The notes: a model not told the origin generated them from the sequence alone. Positions 26,241 to 42,845 are shown, counted from the stretch's first letter. The stretch is DNA of 64,000 nt from Octopus vulgaris (GCA_951406725.2 OX597826.1:8308001-8372000), one strand, 5' to 3'. Translations and numbers: made by a program.

Positions 26241-26843
26241 CCAGTTTGCATTTTATTTATTTTTTTTTTTTTGACTTAGCAAATTGATACTCACAGGTGT
26301 TTCAAAATTGATTTCGTTGCCCTTCGATCTGATACTGAAAGCCTAGAACTGCCTTCAATGCGTTCCTTTGCTTTTACAAGTCAATGGGACTGAATCTTAA
26401 CGTACTCTCCACCACGAGGCGACTTTCTTGTTATCTCGGGCTTCATGATGAAATACATAGAATCGTGTTATCTGGGTGAACGCAACGGAAACAGCATTAA
26501 CTTGAATTGCCTTATCACACTAAATTTATCTACACCGCTGAATGGTTCAGTACGATTTTAATCTGATGCTGCGTTCACCGAGGGTTTTTTTACAGATCAG
26601 TCAGCATTCCACAATATTAGTAAATGTATTATTCACCTTCGATGTATTGAAAGACGGATGTATAAAATATGCAACAACAAAGAAATAATAATAATAATAA
26701 TAATAATAATGATAGTAATAAAAAGCTTCATCCAAGGATATGAAGTAGGTATTACATTATGTCCTGCAGAACGGTGTTATAGGGATACGAACAAAAGAAA
26801 AAAAAAATTTTAAAAAAGAACAGCGCAGTGGACGCCGTCGTCA

Positions 26844-26897
<54 letters not shown>

Positions 26898-26918
26898 CAA
26901 CAGCAGCAGCGGCGGCGG

Positions 26919-26972
<54 letters not shown>

Positions 26973-26983
26973 CAACAGAACAT

Positions 26984-27099
<116 letters not shown>

Positions 27100-28475
27100 A
27101 TAGTAGTAGATGACAAAATGATGTACGATATTGACAAGCTTCAATTGGGGCGAAATGCTACTGTCATTATCGTGAGTCACTGCTGCAACGATATTCGCCT
27201 TAAAAACTTCAACATCATGCGTTTCAAATCGCTATATACTTTTAATATGAAACACAGATGGTGATTGTGTCAGATATTTTCAATAATTTTAGAGACTGGT
27301 GTAATGCAAAAAAGAAAAAAAAGAAAAAACGAAACAGAGCTTGTTGATAAAAAATACAAAACATTATAGGAATTTGTAACCTTAAACACGAGGATAAATA
27401 TGCTATTCTCTCGGAGATTTCTTTATCACGGATGTGATAGAAATAAAGTTTTAACATCCAGCTCGATAAACAATTCATAAAGTTTGGGGCAAATTGTTGT
27501 GATATGGTTTCAGTTGAGGGTTGCAAAATGACACAAGGCTGGAAAATTATTTCTATGTGAGTTTTCTATAAAATATCCTTTTCATAGAAATGGCTGCAAG
27601 AATTCATCAGTAAAAGATGCAGAAAAAAACCTAACGATAATTTCAAGCTTCTGTTCTAGAAAAATGAAAGATTTTAGTTTTTATCTTTTTGTTTTTATTT
27701 TTATTTATCATTTCGTACCGACGACTAAAACTGCTTTGTCCTATCGCCTTCCTTTTGGCGGTAAGTTTTTCACATTCTTCTAGTTAAACATAGAACTATG
27801 ACATTCGTACAAAGTTATTTGAAAAGGGTAAGCAGGCATGCATACATGCATCTGTTTACTCCAGTGAATGTGTGTATGCGTGTGTGTGTGCGTGTGTGTG
27901 TGCGTGTGTGCGTGCGTGTGTGTAATGCTGGAGGGACATCGTTGTGCATTCATGGACATCGCGGACACTAGGAAATATATTATATAAGAACAGAATAGAA
28001 CAGAACAAAACGATGTTAAAAGAGGAACAGAATAGCAGAATAACAGAATAAGTGAATAAACGAAGATTATATTGTTCAGTAGCTACACAGAAAACTGCTG
28101 TGAATAAAAGACTAAAATGGTATTGAAAAAAATCATCCACCTAGAAAGGACCATTACTTCATGCAGGTTTTCAAAATTGATACCTGATTAATCTACACGC
28201 AATTTCAGAAAAGCGTTTTTATTTCGCTAAAATAGAAAATATTACTCATCAATTTTGGACATTCACATATCACTGTATCTGACAACTGCCAAAAGGCATC
28301 CAATCAAATGTAGTTTCCAACTATAAGAATTTCCAAAGTTTTACTTTACCCTACGCTGCATGTTTAATGTGCGGAGATATATATGTATATGCATGTGTGT
28401 CAGTGTGTGTGTAGAATATACATATACGTGTGTGTACCTATGCATACCTATATGTGTAATATACACATACATATG

Positions 28476-28559
<84 letters not shown>

Positions 28560-28598
28560 CAATATGTATATAAAAACGTACATACGCATACACACATA

Positions 28599-28700
<102 letters not shown>

Positions 28701-28802
28701 ATATGTATATATGTATATATTATATATATATAAATATATATATATATAATATATACATATATACATATATATATTTATATATATATATGTACTATATATA
28801 TG

Positions 28803-28839
<37 letters not shown>

Positions 28840-29565
28840 CAAATATAAGTATGTACATGTGTGTATGTGTATGTAGGTATTTATATGCATATGGATGCAT
28901 ATAGATTATATATAGATTTACGTATACATATCTGTATGTGTCAATGTATATATGGAAGCATATATATTTATATCTATCTATAGATATATAGAGTGAGAGA
29001 GTATGAGAGATAGACAGACAGGCAGACAGACAGACAGATACATACATGCATACATACATACATGCATACATACATACATACATACAAACATACATACATT
29101 CATACATGCATATATACATGCATACATACATAATGAGATACATACACGCCTGTATATGAATATTCGTTTTCCCTTCTGTGTGTATCTCTATGTACCTGCG
29201 AATGCGTGTACATCAGTGGATGTGTGTATGTGCAAATCTATTTCTCTGAAAATCTATGAGTGTGCTTCTATATGGTTGTATGGTAACGTAGTGTCTGCCT
29301 GCTGCGTAAATAAGATTACGACGATTCTTTCTTTGGCCGACAGCTACTAATTGGTACATTTCCTCTATAGGTTTCATTGGAAACTATTCTTAGTTACATA
29401 TACACTTGCATATTCATATACATTCCTATATTCAAGGTTACACCTCACGCAAATGTATATAAGTGTCCACACACACGTAGAAATTTATAAACACACTGTC
29501 ACACATAAGTGCATAGAAACATACATATACGTATGTATGCATGTATGTATGTATGCATGTATACA

Positions 29566-29612
<47 letters not shown>

Positions 29613-30229
29613 AGAGAGATATATAGATATATAGATATATAGATATATAGATATATAGATACATATATAGATATATATATATAGATATATATATAGATAT
29701 AGATATATATATATATATATATATAGATAGATACATACATACTTACATACATACAGACATACATAAATAGACACGAACACACACGCATATATACACATTC
29801 ATATAGATACATATATATACTTACATAAATATGTGTATAGATATATGCATATGTATAATACATAAGTATATATCTATATCTAGCTATCTATTTACCTATA
29901 TATGTGTGTATGTCTGCGTTCGTACGTGTGTGTGTGTGCGTGCGTGCGTGTGTTTTTACTATCTATATTTATCTATCTACCTATATATATATATAGATAT
30001 ATATATATAGATATATATATATACATATATATATCTGTGTGCTTGCATGTAATATATATTTAGAGTCACATATACGCACAAATACACACACTCAAAGACA
30101 TACGCACACACACATGTATGTATGTATGTATGTATGTATGTATGTATGTATGTATGCATGCATGTATGCACGTATGTACGTATGTATATATATATATATA
30201 TATATACACATGCATAGATATATATATAT

Positions 30230-30361
<132 letters not shown>

Positions 30362-30709
30362 GATATTAAGTTTGATTCCTTGCGGTAATTTCTATCTTGC
30401 CATTTTCTCTGGTTTCATCCATGATGTTTTGTGTGTTGACGAGGCACGCGACCCAGTATTCCGCCTGCGACCGTTGTTCGTCAGGGAACGTGCACGCTGT
30501 GACTCAAGGCGCATGCGTACGAATGTTATTGAGTTTAATGGCTCAAGATCATTTTTTTCTTTTTTTCTTTTTGTTTGGTTCTTCGTTTCTATACATGTTT
30601 GTATCTTTCGGTTTGTGTCAGGGAAAGAAGCGGTTGAAATTCCTACAGTCAACTTTACAAATTCAGTAATCAATTTAACAATAATAACAATAATAATCGT
30701 TTCTACTAA

Positions 30710-30905
30710 TAGCACAAAACCTGAAATTTTTGAGGGGTGGGGGATAATCAAATACAGCGTCTCAAGTACTGATACCTTTTTTTTCATCGATCTCGCAAGG
30801 ATGAAAGGCAAAGTCGACCTCGGCGAAATTTTGAACGACAAACAAAATACTACTAGGCATTTCGTTCAGCCGATGCTCTAACGATTCTGCCAGCTTGCCG
30901 CCTTA
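30710..30905 (-). mobile_element. SINE family B
   Basis: AAGGATGAAAGGCAAAGTCGACCTCGGCG...CTAACGATTCTGCCAGCTTGCCGCC. Confidence 0.75.
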
Positions 30906-30968
30906 CTAATGAGAATAATAATAATAATTATAATAATAATAATAATAATGATAATAATAATAATAATA

Positions 30969-31184
30969 ACTGGACCGACTCATGTACTGAGAAGAGCATT
31001 ATCGCTGTGAAAACAATATCCATTCATGAATTTATTTATTTATTAAATTTTTTTTTTTTGAATATACATATTTTACCTGTGAATTTGCGTGTGTAATGCG
31101 GGAATGCATACAATGAGCTTCTCAACCCTAGGTGTACGGAAAACACTCGGCGAGCAATGTAAGAAAATTTGAAGAAAGAAGGAA
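30969..31184 (+). mobile_element. Extreme 3' stub of a second Dong/R4-like family
   Basis: 30969-31010 translates TGPTHVLRRALSL*, matching the MGTAHILRKILSM* end of the Dong ORF. The 3' UTR differs. Flanked by (AAT)n on both sides. Confidence 0.6.
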
Positions 31185-31252
<68 letters not shown>

Positions 31253-31274
31253 CAACAACAACAACAACAACAAC

Positions 31275-31312
<38 letters not shown>

Positions 31313-31319
31313 CAACAAC

Positions 31320-31377
<58 letters not shown>

Positions 31378-31378
<1 letters not shown>

Positions 31379-31681
31379 GGGGCTGATTGCTTCCTAGCTC
31401 AGATACCAGGAAATTCCCCAAAATGGCAGAAATTCAAAAGATAGTCCTCATGGGAACTGCTCATATCCTACGCAAAATACTTCCTGTGTAATCTCAAGTT
31501 TTAAAACATATAATTTTCTTATGGTTTCTTAAACATCCTCTAGAACAACACTGTGTACAAAACCAAATATATGGCACCCTAGGCATAACACCAACAAAAA
31601 CTTCCAGCTTGTTGTCTCTTGAGGTCTCTGGGTGAAACTTGGAACCAGTTTGTACAAATGTAAAGCAAAAGTCAAACATAA
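31378..31681 (+). mobile_element. 3' stub of the Dong/R4 element
   Basis: Homologous to the reverse complement of 4621-4960 (ATGGGAACTGCTCATATCCTACGCAAAATAC...AAAGCAAAAGTCAAACATA). Lies in (AAT)n. Confidence 0.9.
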
Positions 31682-31699
31682 AATAATAATAATAATCTA

Positions 31700-31830
31700 T
31701 TCTACTATAGACACAAGGCTTGAAACTTTGGGAGAGGAGGGTATAGTCAATTACTTCGATACCAGTGCACAACTGGTACTTGCTTTATCGACCCCGAAAG
31801 GATGAAAGGCAACGTCGACCTCCGCGGAGA
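31700..31830 (-). mobile_element. SINE family B 3' part
   Basis: AACTGGTACTTGCTTTATCGACCCCGAAAGGATGAAAGGCAACGTCGACC. Confidence 0.75.
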
Positions 31831-32574
31831 GCTATGCCAGTTGAGTGCAAGCTCCTGCCGTTGCTTTCTTTGCTCAACAGGGTAAAAGGCCAAGCTAATA
31901 TGGAAACCCTCTTTTAGAGATAAAAAGTGGGATGACGTAGGGTCAAAATCTCTACCTAGAAAATGGCAGACTTACAGAAGCATTGACGACAATTCAAAAC
32001 TAAGAAAACCTGGGAGAGGTAAACAATCTCTCGAGTAAACATATGATGCAGGATAACGAGGCAAAGCTGAGAAAGCAGGGATCCAAATGTAGGGGAGAAT
32101 AACAAATAGCTCAGAGTTGAAAACAGAGCCTTTGCTCTATGCTCTACAGCAGTCGTGCACAGCCATTTATTACGTGTGGATCCATTTGATTCCTATTTCT
32201 CACAACTGGATCTTCAAGACCTTTCAATTTTTTCTACTTCCCTTTCTTCTTCTTCTTCTTCTTCTTCTTCTTCTTCTTCTTCTTCTTCTTCTTCTTCTTC
32301 TTCTTCTTCTTCTTCTTCTTCTTCTCTTCCTCTTCTTCTTCTTCCTCTTCTTCTTCTTCCTCTTCTTCTTCTTCATCATCATCATCATCTCCAACATCTC
32401 CATCCTCTTCTTCATCTTCTTCTTCATCCCCTTCTTCATCTTCATCGTCTTCTTCTTCCTCATCTTCTTTTTCATCGTCTTCTCCTTCATCTTCATCTTC
32501 TTCTTCTTCCTCGTCTTCTTCATCATCATCATCATCTTCTTCTTCTGCTTCTGCTTCTTCTTCTTCCTAATCTT

Positions 32575-32634
<60 letters not shown>

Positions 32635-32635
32635 A

Positions 32636-32666
<31 letters not shown>

Positions 32667-33250
32667 CCTTCTTCTTCATCATCATCATCACCATCATCAT
32701 CTTCAAATTCTATTGTATTTCTCTAATTAGATATTAGTAGAAATTGTATGAAAAATTGTTAAACTGTTTTTGTGTAATGAATGGGTATAACCAGTGGCAC
32801 CTAGATTACAGCAGCTGAATTTTATATGGACTCCCAAAGGTCGGATGGACCCCACCGAGGCTCATATGTTCTCCGGTTCAGAAACGCTATTCTAAAGAGA
32901 AAGAAGCAAATAAGTATTTATTGCTCACTTTTTGTCATCCAAAACTAATTTCGCTTCCGTTATTTTTACTTCCTGTGTACAACCATGGCAACAACAGATA
33001 CGTGATGTTTTTTTTCCTTTTCTTATTTGTTCTCGGTTTGATTTTCGAACCATAGTGAATCTCATTTCTTCTTCTTCATATTCTTCTTCTTCATATTCTT
33101 CTTCACCTTCTTCTTCTTCACCTTCTTCTTCTCCCCTTCCTCCTACTTTTTCTTCTTCATTTTCTTCTTCACCTTCTTCTTCTCCTCCTCCTCCTTCTTT
33201 TTCTTTTCATCTGCTTCTTCATCCTCTTCTCCTCCTCCTTTTTTTCTTTT

Positions 33251-33285
<35 letters not shown>

Positions 33286-34422
33286 CTTTTTTTCTTCATT
33301 CCTACAACTTCTTCTTCATCTTCTTCATTTTCTTTTTCTTATAGTTCTTCTTCAGCTTCTTCTTTTTCTTCGTCTTCTTCTTCATCATCACCTTCTTCCT
33401 CTTCTTCTTCTTTATTCTTCTGGCGACCTGCTTCATTGTGGTCTTCAAGCCAATTGTTTCTTCCCACTCGTTTCCTTTTCTGTTGACTTATCTTCCAGGT
33501 ACATTATGCTTTTGTTTTTTTTATAGATACTTTTCTTTTTAATTTTCATTTTTCACATTTGTATCTTGCTCGACATTTAGTACACATTCCTTTGTATACC
33601 ATTCCTTTCCTACCTACAGGACGAAGGAACGGTGCTAAGGGTTGCTACTCTTAAGAGAGGGGCCGTCTACCTGCTTGCTTCTAAGACTGAGCATAAAGCG
33701 ATATCACTCGCCATTCCCAGAGATTTGACTGAGGCTGCTTTGCAAACTGGAGGCTTGTTGCCTATGATATGACCTCAGCTGCTTCTCTTTCTGGTTTCCT
33801 TCAGTATAAAATCTCTGATGTGGTTGCTACTAATACAGCTGTAGCTAATATTTGCTATTGCACTCAATCTGAAACCAATGTAATACTCGTTAATTGTTCT
33901 GCGTTGATACTGTTGTTGCTTCTGTTGTTATCGTTCACAGAAGAAGTGACTAACGATTCCTTGACTTGCTGCAGCGATTAGAATATGGGCGTAGCTGTCA
34001 GCGATATCCCTTTGCTTTTGTTACATTTATTCAAACCCCAAAGAAGTCCTCTTAGCACATGGTTATGATTCTGCCGCACAACTCCTATCATGGTCAGAGA
34101 TGCACTTATTGTCAGCCACTAAGGGTCATGCTCAAGTGGTTATGGTCAAGCAACTGACAAGCAAATCTGTGGTATTGAGCAGAATATGTTATAACGATCT
34201 TTCTGCATCAGTAACAAATCGCTGAATCTGTCTAAAAAATAAAATGGGAAACAGAAATAGGTCAATTTTAAAACACTGATGTCCAGGTCACATAAAAAAG
34301 CAGAATTTGAAGGGAATAGTAGTGATTTCGTTTGATTCCTAAATAGAAACAAATAAGAAATAATACGTACGATCTAATGACAAAACAATAAAAAGTTTGT
34401 TACATTGTGTAATCGTTATATA

Positions 34423-34835
34423 GCTACTCGCATGGTTCTTGGTCTAAAGGCTGAAGACGCTCGACCTTTATTCTCTCGAAAAACGACGACGCCGTGGTGA
34501 TCTCATTCTCGCTCACAACATCATAAGCGGAAAGTGTAACCTCTCGAAAGAGCTGTTCTTCACTCCTGCTCCAGAGCGTGGGCTGCGGGGTCACTCCGAA
34601 AAGCCCTATCTACGATGATTTCCTCTCAATCGAAGGAAAGTGGCTTTCTCCGTCCGGGTTGCGGATCCGTGGAATAAGCTGCCGGACGAGATAATGAAGA
34701 TGCCGACGACCACTCGGTTCAAAGTCTCTCTTGACCAGAAATGGCCTGAACTCTTTGTATGACCACTCTCCCTGTACATAACTCCCTGTCCCCCTACATG
34801 GCCTTGCTTCTTGCTTTTTGAGCCAATAAAAATTG
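34423..34835 (+). mobile_element. CR1-type LINE 3' remnant
   Basis: Translates RLKTLDLYSLEKRRRRGDLILAHNII...GLRGHSEK...AFSVRVADPWNKLP...FKVSLDQKW, typical of a CR1 ORF2 C-terminus. Contains an internal stop. Confidence 0.85.
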
Positions 34836-35382
34836 AATTGAAAAAGAAAATAGTCCCAAATCAGAATAACGAAGACGAGGCAGAAAAATGAAGTTTTATA
34901 ACTCTAAAGCATATCGAACATATATCTCAGGCTTGTGGGGCCGAGAGATTTTAATCAACATATAGTGCTAGCATCAAATGGTTACATAGTTTGGTAGTTA
35001 CATAAGCTAATAATCTTGTATAAAAAAATATAACCACCCAGCAATATATTTTCTATGAAATTACATACCAGACAGTTAGCTAAACATTCACCATGCATAA
35101 CATATTTGAAATGACAATACGCAAGCAATAGACTTACATTCCAGCATTCATAATATGAAGTTCAGATTTGTATACGAAGTAATTTCAATCCAAGAACAGG
35201 AAGAGAGGCAGATTTAGTAATTATTCATCTGTATGATAAGGGTTAAAAGTTGATGCAATCCAGTTGCTGCGTATCCGAATAACTTTGGATTCATACAATA
35301 ACTACTGAGGCTGTTATCAATTATAGAACATATATATATATATATGTGTGCGTGGGTACAAACACACACACACGCTCATATA

Positions 35383-35419
<37 letters not shown>

Positions 35420-36045
35420 TCTTAAGAGCAATACCTTAGGTGTCATATGTCTGTATGTGTGGATTTTGGTGCTAAATAAAGGAAAACCATTCTATTTCAT
35501 CCGTACGTCAAGTGGAAAAGATATAGCGTGATACGGTCATATATATATATGTATACAGAGAGAGAGAGACAGAGAGAGAGAGAAAGAGAGAGAGAGAAAG
35601 ATAGAAAGATAGATAGGTAGATAGATAGATAGATAGTTAGATAGATGTAGATATATACATATTCATACATACACGTATATATACATACACATATATACGT
35701 GCATATATATATACATATACATACATACAGGTATAAATATATGTATATATATTAACATATATAAATATGCATATACATATGTATGTATATAAATATATAT
35801 ATATATATATAGTATATACATACATGCACACATATATACACATACATATATATATACTTATATTTGTATATCTCCTTATATGTCTACGTTGTTATTTAGT
35901 TTCATGCATAATGAATATATATTTTGCAATGAAACTCAATAATGTGTATAACATAAAGAATTATATCACAGCATGTGTGTGTGTGTGTATTAGATATAAA
36001 TGCACTCATGCATAGTTATATATGTACTTTATGCATATATATATA

Positions 36046-36101
<56 letters not shown>

Positions 36102-36449
36102 GATATATATCAATAACTATTTATATGTCTATAAGCATATATATATGTGCATGTACTATATATACATATATATGTGTATATGATTGTATATATGCATCAA
36201 TATATGTACACATACACACGCATATATATATATATTCATGTATGTCTATGCATACATATTTACATGAAAACCGATAAAATGTTGCAGTTTGTTGTTTTTC
36301 TCTGTTTTTTATTGTTTATTGTTCTTTTATGATTGTTTTTATATTTGAATATCAATACTATTTACTTTAAGATGTGAGCATGAGCAACGGTTCTTCTGGA
36401 ACGCTTATTATTTTTCCTCTCTGTCTTTCTTTCTCTCTTTCTTCGGCAG

Positions 36450-37790
<1,341 letters not shown>

Positions 37791-38113
37791 AAGAAAGCCA
37801 CAGTAGAGCTTATTTGAAAATCTCCGATCAAGCAATTGCTATTTTCATTGTGTTAAATATCTCGGTGCGTGAAATAGCGCAATCATTAAAGCAAGCCACA
37901 ATCGGACGGTAACTTGTCCGGAATAATTTCCTATTGAAATATGGTTTCTGCGCACGCAACAAAAACAATATCGTATATTCTTTCAATCTTTCATTCTTTC
38001 ATTCTTTCGTTCATACATTCATAGATTCATAGATTCATACATTCAGAGATTCATGAGAAAACTTATAAATGAGTAACAGAAATAAGTTATGTTTATGTAA
38101 GCATGGACACAAG

Positions 38114-38164
<51 letters not shown>

Positions 38165-38243
38165 CTATATATCTAGATATATATATATATATATACATCT
38201 ATATATACGTATATATACATATACGTACATACTTGCGTACATA

Positions 38244-38297
<54 letters not shown>

Positions 38298-38469
38298 CAT
38301 ATGTACATATATATGTATATATATGTATATATGTATACTAATATATATATATAGTTATATATATACATGCACACGCGCTCGCGCACGTATATGTACATTA
38401 TATAAGCTGTCGTGTTTTATATACGTATATATTCAATATACTCGTGTGGTTATTCTTCTCCTTCTTCTT

Positions 38470-38561
<92 letters not shown>

Positions 38562-38799
38562 CACACGCGCATATATACATTTCTGGTGGGGCGTGAAGTT
38601 ATGTGCTTATGTGAATGCATATGCGTACATGTCATATCATTAAAATAGAAAGATTATCTCGGAACGTTTTTGCATACATATTGTCTCGCATCTGCACAGG
38701 CACGTGAACGAACGCAAGCATATCCACTGAAACACACTTTATACATACGTCGATGTGACCTTTACATAAATATATGCGACTATATACATATATATATAA

Positions 38800-39279
38800 A
38801 ATTAAATAAGGGTAAAAATTGATATTAATCGATTAAAACCAGTGGCCTAGCATATTTAAAAATATCCGAAGATTAACATTTTTTTTAACATACAAAGGAA
38901 TTTTTATTTTTAGATATAAATGACGTACTTAAATGTAGTTATGTTTTTAGCTTCCGATTTTTTCCATAAACGCATGTAAGTATTTTATTTATATTCCCTC
39001 GTAAGCTCTACTGACGAAGAATGTATCTTTTATAAGGTTAATTCCGAAATTGATTCAATATAGAGATAACGAAATTTAAATTTTCTAAAGGTTAGTTGCC
39101 CGATTTCAGTTCAATTTTCCTGTAACAAGTGGATTATAAGTGGATAATCAATATATTGGCTTTAGAATAATCTTCTTTAGCCCTTGCTTATAAGCTGTTT
39201 ATATTTCAACCGTAAAGGTTTTTTAATATACTGCCACGCTTCTTGATGGAATTCTTTTCTGTAGAAAAAGGGACTTCAT

Positions 39280-39280
<1 letters not shown>
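38800..39280 (+). mobile_element. Linear copy of hammerhead-bearing family H3
   Basis: Homologous to both orientations of 18595-19080. Ends GGGACTTCATCC then (TA)n. Confidence 0.8.
39006..39065 (+). ncRNA. Type I hammerhead ribozyme
   Basis: CTCTA-CTGACGA-A-GAAT...ATTC-C-GAAA-TTGATTCAA-TA-TAGAG. Confidence 0.75.
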
Positions 39281-39329
<49 letters not shown>

Positions 39330-39465
39330 AGTTATTTTTCTGAGTATGCATTGTCTGGAGACTTTTATTTGCAGTTGAAGAAATAGCCAAATTTTTGGCT
39401 GCTATTTCTGAAAAGTTCGGTGTGTGGTAAAGTGAATTCTTTTACTTTACCATATTTTTATAAAT

Positions 39466-39523
<58 letters not shown>

Positions 39524-39624
39524 GTAAATATATATATACGTAAATATATATATAGAAATATATATATATATATATTTGCATGTATATATATATATATTTG
39601 CATATATATATATATACATGTATG

Positions 39625-39682
<58 letters not shown>

Positions 39683-40050
39683 CGTATAAACAAATAGCAA
39701 CAGATGGATTGTGGTTCACTCACTTCACTACAGCTGTTTCAGATGTGTTCTTTTTTTATTGATGAATAAAATCATTACATCATGCGCAAAAAAAACATTT
39801 TACATCAGGTGAATATATGTACAACTTAAATATTTCAAACCATCTTAAAATCTACGTTAGTGACATTTCATGAATCTCTTGCAGTGTATTCAACCAGCAG
39901 TTTCTGATTGTACATGCGACTGGAATGTATATACGTGTTTACTTCGGTATGTAGGTACATGTACCTCAGTCTTTGCTTTGTGGGTAATAGCGATTTCTTA
40001 AGGACTTGAGTCGCTTGTGTTTATATATGTATATATATATATATATATAT

Positions 40051-40337
40051 ATGATGGCGGCGAGCTGGCAGAAACGTTAGCACGCCGGGCGAAATGCGCA
40101 ACCGTATTTCGTCTGCGGTTACGTCGTGAGTTCAAATATATATATATAGGACAGACAATTGGATTAAGTCGATTACATCGACTCCAGTGTTTAACTGGTA
40201 CATACTTTCTCGATCCCGAAAGGATGAAAGGCAAAGTCGACCTAGGCGGAATTTGAACTCTCAACGTAACACCAGACGAAATAAGGTTGCGCATTTCGCC
40301 CGGCGTGCTAACGTTTCTGCCAGCTCGCCGCCATCAT
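40051..40337. mobile_element. Inverted pair of SINE family B (head on plus, full copy on minus)
   Basis: 87-bp arms at 40051-40137 and 40251-40337, within (TA)n. Confidence 0.85.
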
Positions 40338-40450
40338 ATATATATATATATGTAAATATATATATATATATATATGAATGTATGTACGAATATATATATA
40401 TATGTATGTATGTTTATATGTATGTATATATGTATATATATACATATATG

Positions 40451-40482
<32 letters not shown>

Positions 40483-40486
40483 CTTA

Positions 40487-40655
40487 GGCGCGGGAGTGGC
40501 TGTGTGGTAAGTAGCTTACTTACCAACCACATGGTTCCGGGTTCAGTCCCACTGCGTGGCACCTTGGGCAAGTGTCTTCTACTATAGCCTCGGGCCGACC
40601 AAAGCCTTGTGAGTGGGTTTGGTAGACGGAAACTGAAAGAAGCCTGTCGTATATG

Positions 40656-40695
<40 letters not shown>

Positions 40696-40898
40696 TGTCT
40701 GTTTGTCCCCCCAACATCGCTTGATAACCGATGCTGGTGTGTTTCCATCCCCGTAACTTAGCGGTTCGGCAAAAGAGACCGATAGAATAAGTACTAGGCT
40801 TACAAAGAATAAGTTCTGGGGTCGATTTGCTCGACTAAAGGCGATGCTCCGTCATGGCCGCAGTCAAATGACTGAAACAAGTAAAAGAGTAAAAGAGT
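40487..40898 (+). mobile_element. SINE family A, near-consensus full length
   Basis: GGCGCGGGAGTGGCTGTGTGG...GAAACAAGTAAAAGAGTAAAAGAG. Confidence 0.9.
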
Positions 40899-41174
40899 AC
40901 ACATATCTATATGTATATAAGTATGTGTATGCATATACTTATGTACAGATATCTACATCTAAGTGTATCAATATATATATTATATATTCATATATGCATA
41001 TTTGTGTATGTGCGTGTGCGTGCAGTTATCTGTGTATGTGTGTACGTGTGCGCGTGTGTGTGGATAGGTGTGTAATTGGTATCTTTCCATCATGAAAATA
41101 AAATGCAAATTGATAAATAAGATAATATAGAGCAAATATAAAAAAACTACTATGTTCCGAATGATATCATGCAA

Positions 41175-41219
<45 letters not shown>

Positions 41220-41770
41220 GAGAGAGAGAGAGAGTGAGATACATATAGGTATATGTATATATACATAAACGCACACACGCACGTGCATATATACATATAT
41301 TCATATAGACAAATAAAAGACATCGATATAAATTATATAAAAAATACATATACAAATAATTTCACTTTCTGGTGAAAACTAAAAAACAAAAATAAACTTA
41401 AGAAATGCACAAAAAACTTTCTCCTCTTTCCTTTATTTATATTTTTTTATTCTCTCTTCTTTCGTTCTCAAATATTGATATTTCGTCTGTAAATCCATAC
41501 AAAATCTCTGGTCTGAACACTTTTCTTGTAATATCACAGACAGATATTTTCGACAGATACACAGTCGCCATAATATTCAATCAACAAGTTCAGGACTCGT
41601 CCAAGAATTGGAGCTGAATGCTGGAATTTAGAATTCTGTATGCGAACGATTTGGAAACCGATCTGGTTTATTCTATGTTTTTATCTTTGCATCATTTTAA
41701 ACTATTTTATCGAGTTTTTCTATATTTTTTCTTTCTTTTACTTCGTTGATATAATTTTTCATATGTGTAT

Positions 41771-41801
<31 letters not shown>

Positions 41802-41873
41802 CTAAATACATAAATGTATGTGAGTGTACATATATGTGTCTATATACACACATATATATATATACTTAAACAT

Positions 41874-41919
<46 letters not shown>

Positions 41920-42330
41920 TTTACTCTGCTCTTTTACTGGTTTCAGTCATTTGACTGCGGCCATGCTGGAGCACCGCCTTTAGTCGAGGAAGTCGACCCC
42001 AGGACTTATTCTTTGTAAGCCTAGTACTTATTCTATCGGTCTCTTTTGCCGAACCGCTAAGTGACGGGGACGTAAACACGCCACCATCTTTTGTCAAGCT
42101 ATGTTGGGGGATAAACAGAATAGACACAAAAAAACACACATATTTATATATATATATACATATATACGACGGGTATCTTTCAGTTTCCGTCTACCAAATC
42201 CACTCACAAGGGTTTGGTCGGGCCGAGGCTATAATAAAAGACATTTGCCCAAGGTGCCACACAATGGGACTGAACCCAGAGCCATGTGATTGGTAAGCAA
42301 GCTACTTACCATATAGCCCGTCCGGCGCCT
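41920..42330 (-). mobile_element. SINE family A
   Basis: Full-length reverse copy. Confidence 0.85.
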
Positions 42331-42510
42331 GTATGTGTGTATGTATGTGTGTTTGTGTGTATGTAGATGGTATTGGTCGACTTTTGTCGATGTTAGTTAT
42401 GCTAGTGAAGCTGTTACACTGAGACTACATTTTATACGCTTATAGCCTCTCAATCCATCTATGCATTTATCTATTAATCTATCTATCTTTCAATTAATCT
42501 CTCTGTTGCT

Positions 42511-42544
<34 letters not shown>

Positions 42545-42547
<3 letters not shown>

Positions 42548-42845
42548 CACTCCGTCGGTGCAAGTGGCTGAGCACTCCACAGACACGTGTACTATTAATA
42601 TAGTTCTCAGGGAGATTCAGCGTAACACAGAGTGTGACAAGGCTGTCCCTTTGAAATACAGGTACAACAGAAACAGGAAGAAAAAGTGATAGAAAGTTGT
42701 GGTGAAATAGTACGGCAGGGTACGCCACCACCCCGTGCTGGAGGTCGTGGAGGTTTAGGTGTTTTTCGCTCAATAAACACTCACAACACCCGGTCTGGGA
42801 ATCGAAACCGCAACTCAGCTGCCCTAAGCAGAGCCATTGTGCCTT
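42545..42845 (-). mobile_element. SINE family C variant
   Basis: GAAAGTTGTGGTGAAA...TTAGGTGTTTTTCGCTCAATAAACAC...GGGAATCGAAACCGC. Confidence 0.65.

Noticed and set aside
27560-27616. Minus-strand CTGATGA...GAAA hammerhead candidate
   Set aside because: No helix II pairing and poor helices I and III.
31830-32220. RTE-like LINE remnant
   Set aside because: Only a vague resemblance to RTE 5' UTR and C-terminal motifs, too decayed to support.
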